From Candidatus Komeilibacteria bacterium (GTDB taxonomy: Bacteria > Patescibacteriota > Patescibacteriia > UBA1558 > GWA2-36-10), in the NCBI GenBank assembly GCA_018656065.1, contig JABHZY010000024.1, positions 160,970-224,969 of the forward strand: a stretch of 64,000 nt of DNA, read 5' to 3'. A program made the position numbers and the translations under genes. This document shows, piece by piece, positions 46,095 to 54,366 of this stretch. The notes under the pieces are model-generated. The model was given only the letters and a program-made list of their open reading frames with translations. It did not search any database and was not told the origin of the DNA. Each line of letters starts with the position of its first letter. Within the stretch, counting starts at the first letter, position 1.

Positions 46095-46124
46095 ATTATA
46101 CCCCACCACTAGCTAAATAGTCAA
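46095..46124 (-). promoter_or_regulatory. dcw (mraZ) promoter with downstream GTGG repeats
   Basis: On the minus strand TTGACT, 18 nt, TATAAT. This is followed by AGTGGAAAAAAGTGGGG, two GTGG motifs 10 nt apart, a candidate MraZ operator. Confidence 0.5.
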
Positions 46125-46208
46125 CACAATTCAACACCGTATTTATCCACAGATATGTGTATAACTACAACATAAAACACTACTTGATTTCAAGTAGTGT
46201 TACTCTAT

Positions 46209-46279
46209 TGTCATTTCGACTAAGCGTAGCGAATGGAGAAATCTGTTTTACAGATCTCTCGACTACGCTCGAGATGACA
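46209..46279. repeat. GC-rich palindromic intergenic element
   Basis: The arms tgtcatttcgactaagcgtagcgaatggagaaatctg and cagatctctcgactacgctcgagatgaca form an imperfect long hairpin between two minus-strand genes. Confidence 0.7.
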
Positions 46280-46283
46280 TAAA

Positions 46284-46712
46284 TTATTTAGCTATTTTGT
46301 ATTTTGGCTGTTTTTTAGAAATACTAATGTCTGCCTCCCGACTATAGGCTGGACTAATAGCTGTAAACTTTTTTAATTTAGCTAATTTTTTAAGTACTTT
46401 GGCTAGCATTTTTTCACTATCTTCCTGAAAATAATAATCAGCTACTAACGGCCAATCAAATTGCCAAGCCAAGGTATTAATAATAGTAGTAAATATTTTG
46501 ACCTGCGTCATACTAGCATCTTTAACCAGTAACACGCAGCCCTTAAAATTTACTAGCTTTAAATTATTATTATCTAACAGTTTCTGAAGATGTAATAAAC
46601 TTTTATCCTCTCCTCTGACAATATTAAAATTATGTGAAAAAATAATTTGACCATTAGCTAAAACTTGCCAAGCTCCTTTTTCAATACTCAATATATTAAA
46701 AACTAAAGTCAT
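46284..46712 (-). CDS. hypothetical protein
   Basis: 142-aa ORF. It has a faint resemblance to TsaB-like N-terminal domains but no diagnostic motif. Confidence 0.4.
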   Translation of the reverse strand: MTLVFNILSIEKGAWQVLANGQIIFSHNFNIVRGEDKSLLHLQKLLDNNNLKLVNFKGCVLLVKDASMTQVKIFTTIINTLAWQFDWPLVADYYFQEDSEKMLAKVLKKLAKLKKFTAISPAYSREADISISKKQPKYKIAK

Positions 46713-47081
46713 CTATTGTTCTAAATTATTTTGTTTATTTTTAAAACCAGTTAGAAATCCTATAAACTTCACTATCAAGAAAGATAATATAGAATAAAAA
46801 ATAACTAACATCATATTTCCTATAAATCCCCTAGCTGAAGGATAATCGCCTAAAGAAAATAGCTTCTCTATTGTTGGATAAAACAGCTCTAATACTGGAA
46901 AGGTTAATGAAAAAATACCAACTGCAATCATATACTGAGCCGCTAAAACCACAAATAAAGAATGGTAAGGGTACCAATTTAAATTACTAAATATTATTGT
47001 TATTAATAATGGTAATACAAAAATCAATAAAAGTAATGTGAATATTAACTTTTCAACTCCCTTCATTTTAAAATATTTCAT
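46713..47081 (-). CDS. hypothetical membrane protein
   Basis: 122 aa with about 4 TM helices. It abuts the next ORF with no gap. Confidence 0.5.
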   Translation of the reverse strand: MKYFKMKGVEKLIFTLLLLIFVLPLLITIIFSNLNWYPYHSLFVVLAAQYMIAVGIFSLTFPVLELFYPTIEKLFSLGDYPSARGFIGNMMLVIFYSILSFLIVKFIGFLTGFKNKQNNLEQ

Positions 47082-47087
47082 ACTACT

Positions 47088-47708
47088 TTATTTCTTGTCT
47101 TCTTCTTTAAAATGCTTAAACTGATAATCCTCTAATCTCCTCTGGGCTACACTTTCTGATATTTTATCTACTACTATTACATAGGGATTAGCCCAAACAT
47201 CATAGATAAACTTGTCAGTAATATCAAGCCTGTATAAATATTCTTTGAGTGGCAAAAATGTATAACGTAAATCCTCTGGTAAACCTTCTGCAATTTTTTT
47301 AAGATACTTATCAAATTTAGATTTATTAACCTTGCCAACTATAAGTACATCCGTAACAGCTGGGGATTCAGTTAAAACACCTGTAAATAATAAAAGTTTT
47401 AAACCAGGAACTTTTGACATCTTACCAGCGATATCCATTTCTTCTAAAGCTAATGATTTGAAAACCAAATTTTTAATTTCATTAAATAAAGAAAATTCCA
47501 AATTGGTATAATAATATTTTTTACCTGCCTTTTCTTCAGATTTAAGAAAACCAAATTTTTCTAAATTAGCCAATTCACGTCTAATAGAATTGAGCTGCAA
47601 ATTTAAACGCCTAGCCAATTCACGAACAAAAAACTTCTCTTGAGCGTGTACACAAAAAAACTTTAATATTTTGGTTCTAGCAACTGACGAAAGTATTTGT
47701 TCAAGCAT
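47088..47708 (-). CDS. winged-helix (ArsR-like) transcriptional regulator
   Basis: 206 aa. The wHTH reads FFVRELARRLNLQLNSIRRELANLEKFGFL. Confidence 0.6.
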   Translation of the reverse strand: MLEQILSSVARTKILKFFCVHAQEKFFVRELARRLNLQLNSIRRELANLEKFGFLKSEEKAGKKYYYTNLEFSLFNEIKNLVFKSLALEEMDIAGKMSKVPGLKLLLFTGVLTESPAVTDVLIVGKVNKSKFDKYLKKIAEGLPEDLRYTFLPLKEYLYRLDITDKFIYDVWANPYVIVVDKISESVAQRRLEDYQFKHFKEEDKK

Positions 47709-47781
47709 AATATTTTAGGTAAATTTTATTTACTAAAATAGTTAAATATAGTATAATATTAATTGCTATAAAAGTAAAATC

Positions 47782-49890
47782 ATGGGCCTAAAATACCACA
47801 AAATATTTACTCACGACCATATTAATGCTCGAGAGCTCTCTGAAGTATACATGAGTGACTCTTCTGATCATGGTCGTTTGTTTATTATGCTTGAATTACC
47901 TAAACAAAAGATAAATCAACAAGCCTATATTGATCAATTAATCAACGAAATAGCTACTTATTTTGATACTAGCGGTCAAGATGATCCTGAAACTTTACTA
48001 GAAGAAATTCTTCAGCAAATTAATCAACTCCTACCTGAAATGGGAGCTTCTATCAAAATTCGCAATTGGATAAACACTTTAGATTTAGCAGTGGGCATTA
48101 TTTACAATAATAATACCTATATGGCTAGTATCGGTAATATCAATGGTCTCTTAATAAACAATAAGCAGATCACTACTATAATGAATGAAAATACTAAACT
48201 TAATCCTAGCAAGGCTTTTTCAGATATTATTTCTGGTGAATTAGATGATGGAGATGGTTTAATTATTTCTACCAACTCTTTATTCGACTATATTTCTAAA
48301 GAAAAAATAAAACAAATAATTAAACGATATGCCCCTTCTGCAGCAGCTATTAAAATAAATGAACTATTAGAAACGGTGCCTGATTTTGTAACATTCAATT
48401 CATTAATTATCAAAAAACCAGGTATGAGAGACCGAGAAATTAATCCGGACGAACTTAAAAAACCAATTGATTTTGATGAAGAGGAAATAACGGACACTAT
48501 AAAAACCGAAACAGATCACTCACCCACTTCTCCACGCACTAAAACAGTTATAGATATGGGCGGATTAAAAAATGTGGACTTAGTAAAAAAAAGTGGCTCA
48601 TTATTTTCTTTATTTCCTCTATATTTTAAAACTATTGGCTCTATATTTACTTTTGTAGGTCGTAAAATAAAAAATAGTTTGCTATTTTTATTCTCGCCAA
48701 AATTTAGAGAGAAGAAAGAAGACGAAACTATAGATGGTATTAAAGAAATAACCCATAAAAAATATTATTGGTTCCAAAATTTAAATCTGAGTAAAAAAAT
48801 ATCGGTTGTCGTGCTGTTTGTGATTATTTTAATATTTTTACAAAGCCTAGTATTCTTAACTCAGGAAAAAGCTTATGACGCTAAAAATGAATATTATAAT
48901 AATGCTTTGATAACTATTGATGCAAAATATAAAGAAGTGGATGCCAAGTTAATATATGATGATGAAGAAGCTGCCGAAAAATTACTATTAGAAATTCAGA
49001 CTTTAATTTTAGAATTAACACCAAACTCTCCAGATCAACAAGAACGAATTGCTAAAATGTCTGAAACAGTCTTTCATAAAATAAATGACATACGCCATAT
49101 ACGCGTCGTACTTTCGCCCGTAGAGTTATTTGATATGAGCGATTCTTTATCAAATACTCAGGATATTGTACAAAAAGACGGTATATTCTATATTTTTGGT
49201 GATAATAAGCTTTATCAAATAAAAGATAATCTATTTGAAGAAATATTTAATTTTACTGATGGGCAAATAATTCAATCAATGACCGATTGGCCAGATAAAA
49301 ATAAAGTAGTGCTAAGTAGCCTAGACGCCAATAGTGAAATAAATTATATTATCTTTGATTTAGACAAAAAAGAAATAACTGGAGATTTAAAACAAGCTAC
49401 TAACAATACCTCAGTTAAAGATTTAACTGTTTATGGAAATAATTTATATGTTTTAGATAATCAAAACAATCAAATATTCAAATATCCTGAAAGTGGCGGC
49501 AGTTTTGCTAACGGGCAACCATGGATAAAAGAAGAATTAAACACCTCTCAAACTTCCAGTCTTACTATAGACGGTAGTATATATATTGTAACTAATGACG
49601 GTAGTATAAAAAATCTATTAAAAGGTGGTTTAGAAAAATTTGATTATCATGCCCCTCACCCAAATATAGGCACAGGTGCTATTATAAAAACATTCCGAGA
49701 TTCTGATTATCTATATATTATAGATCCAGCTAACAATCGTGTGATAATACTAGATAAAGAAGGTAATATTAAAGATCAATACACTAGCCAAAAATTTGAT
49801 GACTTAAAAGATTTAGCTGTTGATCCAGATGAAAAAACTATTTATCTATTAAACAATCAACATCTATATATATTAGCTATAAACGAATAA
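47782..49890 (+). CDS. large membrane protein with a PP2C-like N-terminal region and a beta-propeller (NHL-like) C-terminal region
   Basis: 702 aa with central TM helices. The C-terminal repeats are NQIFKYPESGG, NRVIILDKEGN and KTIYLLNNQ. The domain calls are tentative. Confidence 0.45.
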   Translation: MGLKYHKIFTHDHINARELSEVYMSDSSDHGRLFIMLELPKQKINQQAYIDQLINEIATYFDTSGQDDPETLLEEILQQINQLLPEMGASIKIRNWINTLDLAVGIIYNNNTYMASIGNINGLLINNKQITTIMNENTKLNPSKAFSDIISGELDDGDGLIISTNSLFDYISKEKIKQIIKRYAPSAAAIKINELLETVPDFVTFNSLIIKKPGMRDREINPDELKKPIDFDEEEITDTIKTETDHSPTSPRTKTVIDMGGLKNVDLVKKSGSLFSLFPLYFKTIGSIFTFVGRKIKNSLLFLFSPKFREKKEDETIDGIKEITHKKYYWFQNLNLSKKISVVVLFVIILIFLQSLVFLTQEKAYDAKNEYYNNALITIDAKYKEVDAKLIYDDEEAAEKLLLEIQTLILELTPNSPDQQERIAKMSETVFHKINDIRHIRVVLSPVELFDMSDSLSNTQDIVQKDGIFYIFGDNKLYQIKDNLFEEIFNFTDGQIIQSMTDWPDKNKVVLSSLDANSEINYIIFDLDKKEITGDLKQATNNTSVKDLTVYGNNLYVLDNQNNQIFKYPESGGSFANGQPWIKEELNTSQTSSLTIDGSIYIVTNDGSIKNLLKGGLEKFDYHAPHPNIGTGAIIKTFRDSDYLYIIDPANNRVIILDKEGNIKDQYTSQKFDDLKDLAVDPDEKTIYLLNNQHLYILAINE

Positions 49891-49944
49891 AAAATTTATA
49901 CAAAAAAAGACCCTCGCTAGAGAGTCTTTTTTAATTTTGAGTTC

Positions 49945-50361
49945 TTATTTCAAAGTTGCAGTACCGCCACCTTCTTCAATCTTTTTCTTCATTTCTTCAG
50001 CCTCTTCTTTAGCTACTCCTTCTTTTACATTTACTGGAGCGCCGTCAACCATATCTTTGGCTTCTTTAAGACCAACTTGAGTAATCTCACGAACTGCTTT
50101 AATAACACCAATTTTGTTATCACCAGCAGCTGTAAGCTCAACATTAAATGAAGATTTTTCTTCAGCAGCTTCTTCACCACCAGCTGGAGCAGCAGCCATT
50201 GCTACTGGAGCAGCAGCGCTAACACCAAATTTATCTTCTAAGATACCTACTAACTCTGAAAGATCTAAAACAGACATTTTCTCAATTTCCTCTACAATGC
50301 TTTTAAACTTTGCAGGAACTACAACGTCTTTTTTTTCTTCAGTCTTTTTTTCTTCTGACAT
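49945..50361 (-). CDS. rplL: 50S ribosomal protein L7/L12
   Basis: 138 aa with an Ala-rich hinge. The C-terminal domain reads [27 protein letters not shown]. Confidence 0.9.
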   Translation of the reverse strand: MSEEKKTEEKKDVVVPAKFKSIVEEIEKMSVLDLSELVGILEDKFGVSAAAPVAMAAAPAGGEEAAEEKSSFNVELTAAGDNKIGVIKAVREITQVGLKEAKDMVDGAPVNVKEGVAKEEAEEMKKKIEEGGGTATLK

Positions 50362-50403
50362 ATTATTTTTCCTTTCTTAATTTTTTTATATAAAATTTAT
50401 TAA

Positions 50404-50925
50404 TTATTCTTTTGTGTCTTTGATTGCGCTCAATACACCAACAAAGTTTCTTGTAGTACCAGATAGTACTCCTACTAAACCACTAAGTGGACTATTAATT
50501 GATCCAACCAATTTAGCAAGTAATTCTTCTCTTGAAGGTATAGTAGCTAATCTCTGAACCATCTCCGGCATAATGAAAGCATTTTCCAAAATACCACCAC
50601 CAAGATTTAAAACTTCACTTTTCTTAGCATACTTGTTTAAAATTTTAGCACCACTAACTTCATCATTATATGAAAGTGTAAGTGCTACAGATCCAGCTAG
50701 TTCATCTAATTGATCTGTTTCGCCCATATCTTTAATAGCTTTTCTAAGAAGGGTTTTCTTAACTACTAAATATTCGGCGTCATTTTGCTTTAATTCATTT
50801 CTTAGCTCTTGAATTGTTTTTACATTTGAGCCAGTATCTGAACTAAAAACGACTGATTTACTATCTTTAAGCTTATCTTGAACTGTTTTCAAAGCTTCTT
50901 TCTTTTGTTCTTTCGTTTTAGCCAT
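50404..50925 (-). CDS. rplJ: 50S ribosomal protein L10
   Basis: 173 aa, upstream of rplL, with a typical L10 N-terminus. Confidence 0.85.
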   Translation of the reverse strand: MAKTKEQKKEALKTVQDKLKDSKSVVFSSDTGSNVKTIQELRNELKQNDAEYLVVKKTLLRKAIKDMGETDQLDELAGSVALTLSYNDEVSGAKILNKYAKKSEVLNLGGGILENAFIMPEMVQRLATIPSREELLAKLVGSINSPLSGLVGVLSGTTRNFVGVLSAIKDTKE

Positions 50926-51129
50926 ATTATTACTGTTTACTTATAGTCCCGAGCGAAGTCGAGGGATTAAAAAAATCTGCGTAAAATAGCGCAGACAGTT
51001 AAAAAACTTAGTTTTTCCACCTCGGTAGGATATTTAATTCTTGGCTAAAATTAGCTAGAAACCCACTGTCTTTGGCTATTTATATTTAATTTATGTGATT
51101 ATTATATAGCAAAAATTCAATATTGTCAA
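50926..51129 (-). promoter_or_regulatory. rplJL promoter plus a ~170-nt leader (possible L10-leader autoregulatory RNA)
   Basis: On the minus strand TTGACA (51124-51129), 17 nt, TATAAT (51101-51106). The long untranslated leader holds hairpins. Assignment to the L10 leader rests on position only. Confidence 0.45.
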
Positions 51130-51161
51130 TTCCGTCCCATCATAGAAGGTGAAAATACTTA

Positions 51162-51722
51162 TTATTTCATAGTAAACACCTTTTTAAATAAATCGTGTCT
51201 AGCCTTAATTTTCTTTTTAGCAAAAGGAAAACAAATCTTCACATTATAATTTCTATCTAATTTTTCTAACACCCATTCTTTATAACCCTTTAGACTCCTT
51301 TGACCTGTTACTGCTATCTGTAGATAAAAATCATTATGATAGTGAGCCATGGCATCAGCCGTAGCTAAAATTTTTCCCTCTACAGTTTTTGGTTTTTGAT
51401 CATTAAAACAAGAGTGAGACAGTATAATCTTCTGAACTTTATCTATAGTCAATTTATTATACCCAAACTGCTTCATTACTTTTTCAGCTTCACGAGCCCC
51501 TATCTTTTGATGATCACCTTTTAATCCTCGTATCCTTTGCAAATCATGAAGCCATACACCAAGCATAACAATTTCTTTATTTGCTTTGGGTAGTTTAGAA
51601 AGTAACCATTTGGCAAATTTTTCTACTCCCAATAAATGAACTGAAAAAAACCAATCAGCTATTAGACCCTTTGAGCACTCTTTTTTAATTAAACTTTTTA
51701 TTTGTTGTATATTTTTACTCAT
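51162..51722 (-). CDS. HD-domain phosphohydrolase
   Basis: 186 aa with H...HD metal motifs (SVHLLGV, VWLHDLQR). Confidence 0.65.
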   Translation of the reverse strand: MSKNIQQIKSLIKKECSKGLIADWFFSVHLLGVEKFAKWLLSKLPKANKEIVMLGVWLHDLQRIRGLKGDHQKIGAREAEKVMKQFGYNKLTIDKVQKIILSHSCFNDQKPKTVEGKILATADAMAHYHNDFYLQIAVTGQRSLKGYKEWVLEKLDRNYNVKICFPFAKKKIKARHDLFKKVFTMK

Positions 51723-51764
51723 AAAACTATTATATCAAAAAACCATCCATTTTGGAATGATTTT

Positions 51765-51804
51765 AGACAAAAAGAAAGACCCGCCACGTACTACGTAGCG
51801 GGTC
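51765..51804 (-). terminator. intrinsic terminator of the GC-rich 232-aa gene
   Basis: On the minus strand gacccgc-tacgtagtacgt-ggcgggtc, then tttcttttt. Confidence 0.65.
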
Positions 51805-51827
51805 TATCAGTCCACTTGGTGGACCAA

Positions 51828-52526
51828 TCAATGTCTCCTCCTTGAGCGAGTGTGCTCGTCCGGCTTCGGTGTGAAGACGAATCTGACAACCGCTTGTGGT
51901 TTCCACTCGCCACCGAGCTCACGATACTGGATCGCGGCCTCAACTCGAAGTTTCGAGTCCTTCTTGCCCCAGCGCTGGTGCGCATGGAGGTTGAAAGCCA
52001 TGTTGAGACCAACGCCATTGCTGATCATATCATCGTCTAGGTCACCCCAGCCCTCTACTTCAGCCCCGCATTCAATGAACGGACTGAGATGAAGCTCGGC
52101 CTGAGCTAAGTAGTAGAAGGATTTGGTTTCGAGTTGGTACTCCAGATTGGAATAAGCATGCCAAGTTTCCCATTTAGGATAGAGTCGTAGGCCAGTGACC
52201 CACTCCTCATCTCGGAAGCTGTAGCCTACTACAGATTCGAGGTCTCCAAACTGAAGACCAAGATACACATAGAAGGGCTTATCTTCCTTTTCCAGAACAT
52301 CGTAACAGACGCCCTGGAGACGAGACTTTACTTGATCGGACAACTGGCCCATCCAATCGAGTCTGAATTCACCACGCGGCGGATGAGTTGACTTGTCCCA
52401 AATGGGAATGTTTCCACCACGGGACAAGCCCTTGGCATCAACTTCCACCACAACAGCCATGAGAACCACGGCCGCCAACAAGATAACAAGCATCCTCTGC
52501 GAGGTAAGGCTTTTGTTAGAGAACAT
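51828..52526 (-). CDS. orphan GC-rich secreted, beta-strand-rich protein
   Basis: 232 aa. The SD is GAAGGAGG. The signal peptide is MLVILLAAVVLMAVVVEVDA. An alternating-hydrophobic pattern is visible (FYVYLGLQF, VGYSFRD, GLNMAFNLH, VVRFVFT). Confidence 0.6.
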   Translation of the reverse strand: MFSNKSLTSQRMLVILLAAVVLMAVVVEVDAKGLSRGGNIPIWDKSTHPPRGEFRLDWMGQLSDQVKSRLQGVCYDVLEKEDKPFYVYLGLQFGDLESVVGYSFRDEEWVTGLRLYPKWETWHAYSNLEYQLETKSFYYLAQAELHLSPFIECGAEVEGWGDLDDDMISNGVGLNMAFNLHAHQRWGKKDSKLRVEAAIQYRELGGEWKPQAVVRFVFTPKPDEHTRSRRRH

Positions 52527-52640
52527 GGTTCTCCTCCTTCTGTATTAAATCTTGGTTAGCTTACTAACCTGTTTTGAATGACCGATACTAAGGTATACGG
52601 TCAAAAGACACGTTTTGCACACCTTAGTAATGAATATAGT

Positions 52641-52669
52641 ATTATATCACAAATTACAAAAATTGTCAA
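52641..52669 (-). promoter_or_regulatory. promoter of the 232-aa gene
   Basis: On the minus strand TTGACA (52664-52669), 17 nt, TATAAT (52641-52646). Confidence 0.6.
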
Positions 52670-52700
52670 TTATAGTTTATTATTATGATTAAAGTTATAA

Positions 52701-52729
52701 TTGACAAAATATATAAAATATGGTATGAT
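52701..52729 (+). promoter_or_regulatory. promoter of the 454-aa gene (divergent)
   Basis: TTGACA (52701-52706), 17 nt, TGgTATGAT (an extended -10, 52721-52729). Confidence 0.6.
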
Positions 52730-52766
52730 TGTATATTCCGTAATGCCCTTTTTACAAACTAATATT

Positions 52767-52880
52767 CGCTTCTCCCCTAAGTATCTATAGGGTATTTTGG
52801 GGAGGAGCGGAAAACATTAACGAAAGGTAGTCCTAATCCTCCCAGTTACAGACTTCTGTAACTGAAATGTTTCTTTTTTC
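52767..52880 (+). promoter_or_regulatory. structured 5' UTR with a terminator-like element (candidate attenuator)
   Basis: An 11-bp hairpin cgcttctcccc/ggggaggagcg lies at 52767-52809. A 9-bp hairpin cagttacag-actt-ctgtaactg at 52843-52864 is followed by aaatgtttcttttttc, just before the SD. Confidence 0.4.
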
Positions 52881-52895
52881 TATGGAGGTAGCGCG

Positions 52896-54260
52896 ATGCT
52901 ACGGACTCTATTCTGCGTCATGTTGTTGGTGGCGACAGTCAGCATCTGCGGTGCTCAGGTTCCGGAAGGTGGGCTTTACCGGCTCGCTGACGGCACTCAC
53001 GAGTACATCGTGGATGATGCTGATGATGTTGGTCTCTGGCAAGTGGCGTTCGGGCAGAAAAGCCTGTGGGCCGAGTTGGTCAAGGTCAATCCGCAACTAG
53101 TGGATCCAAACTTGATTATGCCCGGTGACAAGCTAATCATTCCCGAGGCACTGGTTCGCCTGTTCGAATTCAGGCGAGCTCCTCTGGATACTACATCAGA
53201 GGAAACCCATCTGAACGGCACCGAAGCCGACACTGAGGCCACTGTGGTCTCAATTGAAAGCGAAGATAAGAAGAGCTGGAACCTACCCTGGTGGGCCTGG
53301 ATCTTCATCGCTTGTCTCGTTGGCCTTATAGCCAGATGGTGGGGCTCAACTGGAGAGAATCAGAAACTCTCCGAAGCCCGCAGGCAAGAACATCAAGAAG
53401 AGGCCAAAAGGGAAAAGCAGCGAGAGCACGCCGATCCCTACCATGGACCTCCTGTGGTCCCGGGTGGCCTACCGACCCCTGAGCTAGCGGCTCGTCACTT
53501 CGCTGGTGAATACCAGAATCGGCGTGGTGCAACCACCGTGGACGAGTCTGCCCAACAACCCGAACGCGTAACCATCGACCGTATCGTACCGGTCGAGATC
53601 CGCGGTCAGTGGTGTGTGGCTGACGCCAACTCCAAGGAACCGGTCGAGAAGAACATCCCCGACTGGGAGCCTGCCTGGCAGTGCTTCCTCTCCGACGACA
53701 GTTGGTCTGTCACGCTCATGATGTGCGGGAACGACGTGTGGATGGGTACGCGAACCACTCCCATGGAGAACGGCGAGATCCAACCCCGGCAGGATATGGA
53801 AGCAATCGAGATGAACCAGCAGGTCTGGCCGATCGTCACCAACGAAGAGCCCGATGAGCTGGAACTGCCCGATGAGCTGAACAACCTCCGGGAAGTTCGC
53901 TTCAAGTCCAATCGACAGGTGGTCGTACTGTTCCACGGCGATCGCGAACAGGAAAACTGGGAAATCCCAGCTGCCCTGTCCGAGCTGGTCACGCTTTCGC
54001 TGAGCGAAGGTCAACTGATTGCTACAACGATCGACGGAACTCAACGAGTGCTCGGCGTCATCACGGATCAACCGGAAGCTGATCTGCAGGCAAGTCTCGA
54101 CAACGAGGCAGAAAGCCTGATGGGTCCTACTGATCCGGAAGCTGAGATCCTCGCTGCTGATGAGCAGGATGGAACTACTCGTCGCTACCAAGATCACTCC
54201 AGTCCACCTCAAGGTGGACAAGCCGCCGATCAACCAGGAGAAGATCAGCCGGAGGCCTAG
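52896..54260 (+). CDS. orphan GC-rich membrane protein with an N-terminal YgaU-type LysM-like domain
   Basis: 454 aa. The SD is GGAGG. The signal peptide is MLRTLFCVMLLVATVSICGAQ. The LysM-like stretch is GLWQVAFGQKSLWAELVKVNPQLVDPNLIMPGDKLIIP. The TM helix is WWAWIFIACLVGLIARWW. The tail is charged and acidic. Confidence 0.6.
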   Translation: MLRTLFCVMLLVATVSICGAQVPEGGLYRLADGTHEYIVDDADDVGLWQVAFGQKSLWAELVKVNPQLVDPNLIMPGDKLIIPEALVRLFEFRRAPLDTTSEETHLNGTEADTEATVVSIESEDKKSWNLPWWAWIFIACLVGLIARWWGSTGENQKLSEARRQEHQEEAKREKQREHADPYHGPPVVPGGLPTPELAARHFAGEYQNRRGATTVDESAQQPERVTIDRIVPVEIRGQWCVADANSKEPVEKNIPDWEPAWQCFLSDDSWSVTLMMCGNDVWMGTRTTPMENGEIQPRQDMEAIEMNQQVWPIVTNEEPDELELPDELNNLREVRFKSNRQVVVLFHGDREQENWEIPAALSELVTLSLSEGQLIATTIDGTQRVLGVITDQPEADLQASLDNEAESLMGPTDPEAEILAADEQDGTTRRYQDHSSPPQGGQAADQPGEDQPEA

Positions 54261-54288
54261 CCTCCACACGCGATCACAGATCGCAAAC

Positions 54289-54326
54289 GGCGGGCGCCCC
54301 TCACAGGGTGCCCGCTTTTCCTTTTG
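54289..54326 (+). terminator. intrinsic terminator of the 454-aa gene
   Basis: gcgggcgcccct-cac-agggtgcccgc, then ttttcctttt. Confidence 0.7.
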
Positions 54327-54366
54327 CCTAAAAACAAAAAACCCCTTAAAAAGGGGCTTTTATAGA

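Noticed and set aside
52908-54269. Long antisense and alternative-frame ORFs inside the GC-rich 454-aa gene: 53484-54269 (261 aa), 53606-53992 (128 aa), 52997-53308, 53326-53532, 52867-53100 and 53291-53482.
   Set aside because: High G+C suppresses stop codons in all frames. None of these has an SD, a promoter or a sensible N-terminus. The plus frame at 52896 has a promoter, SD, signal peptide, TM helix and terminator.
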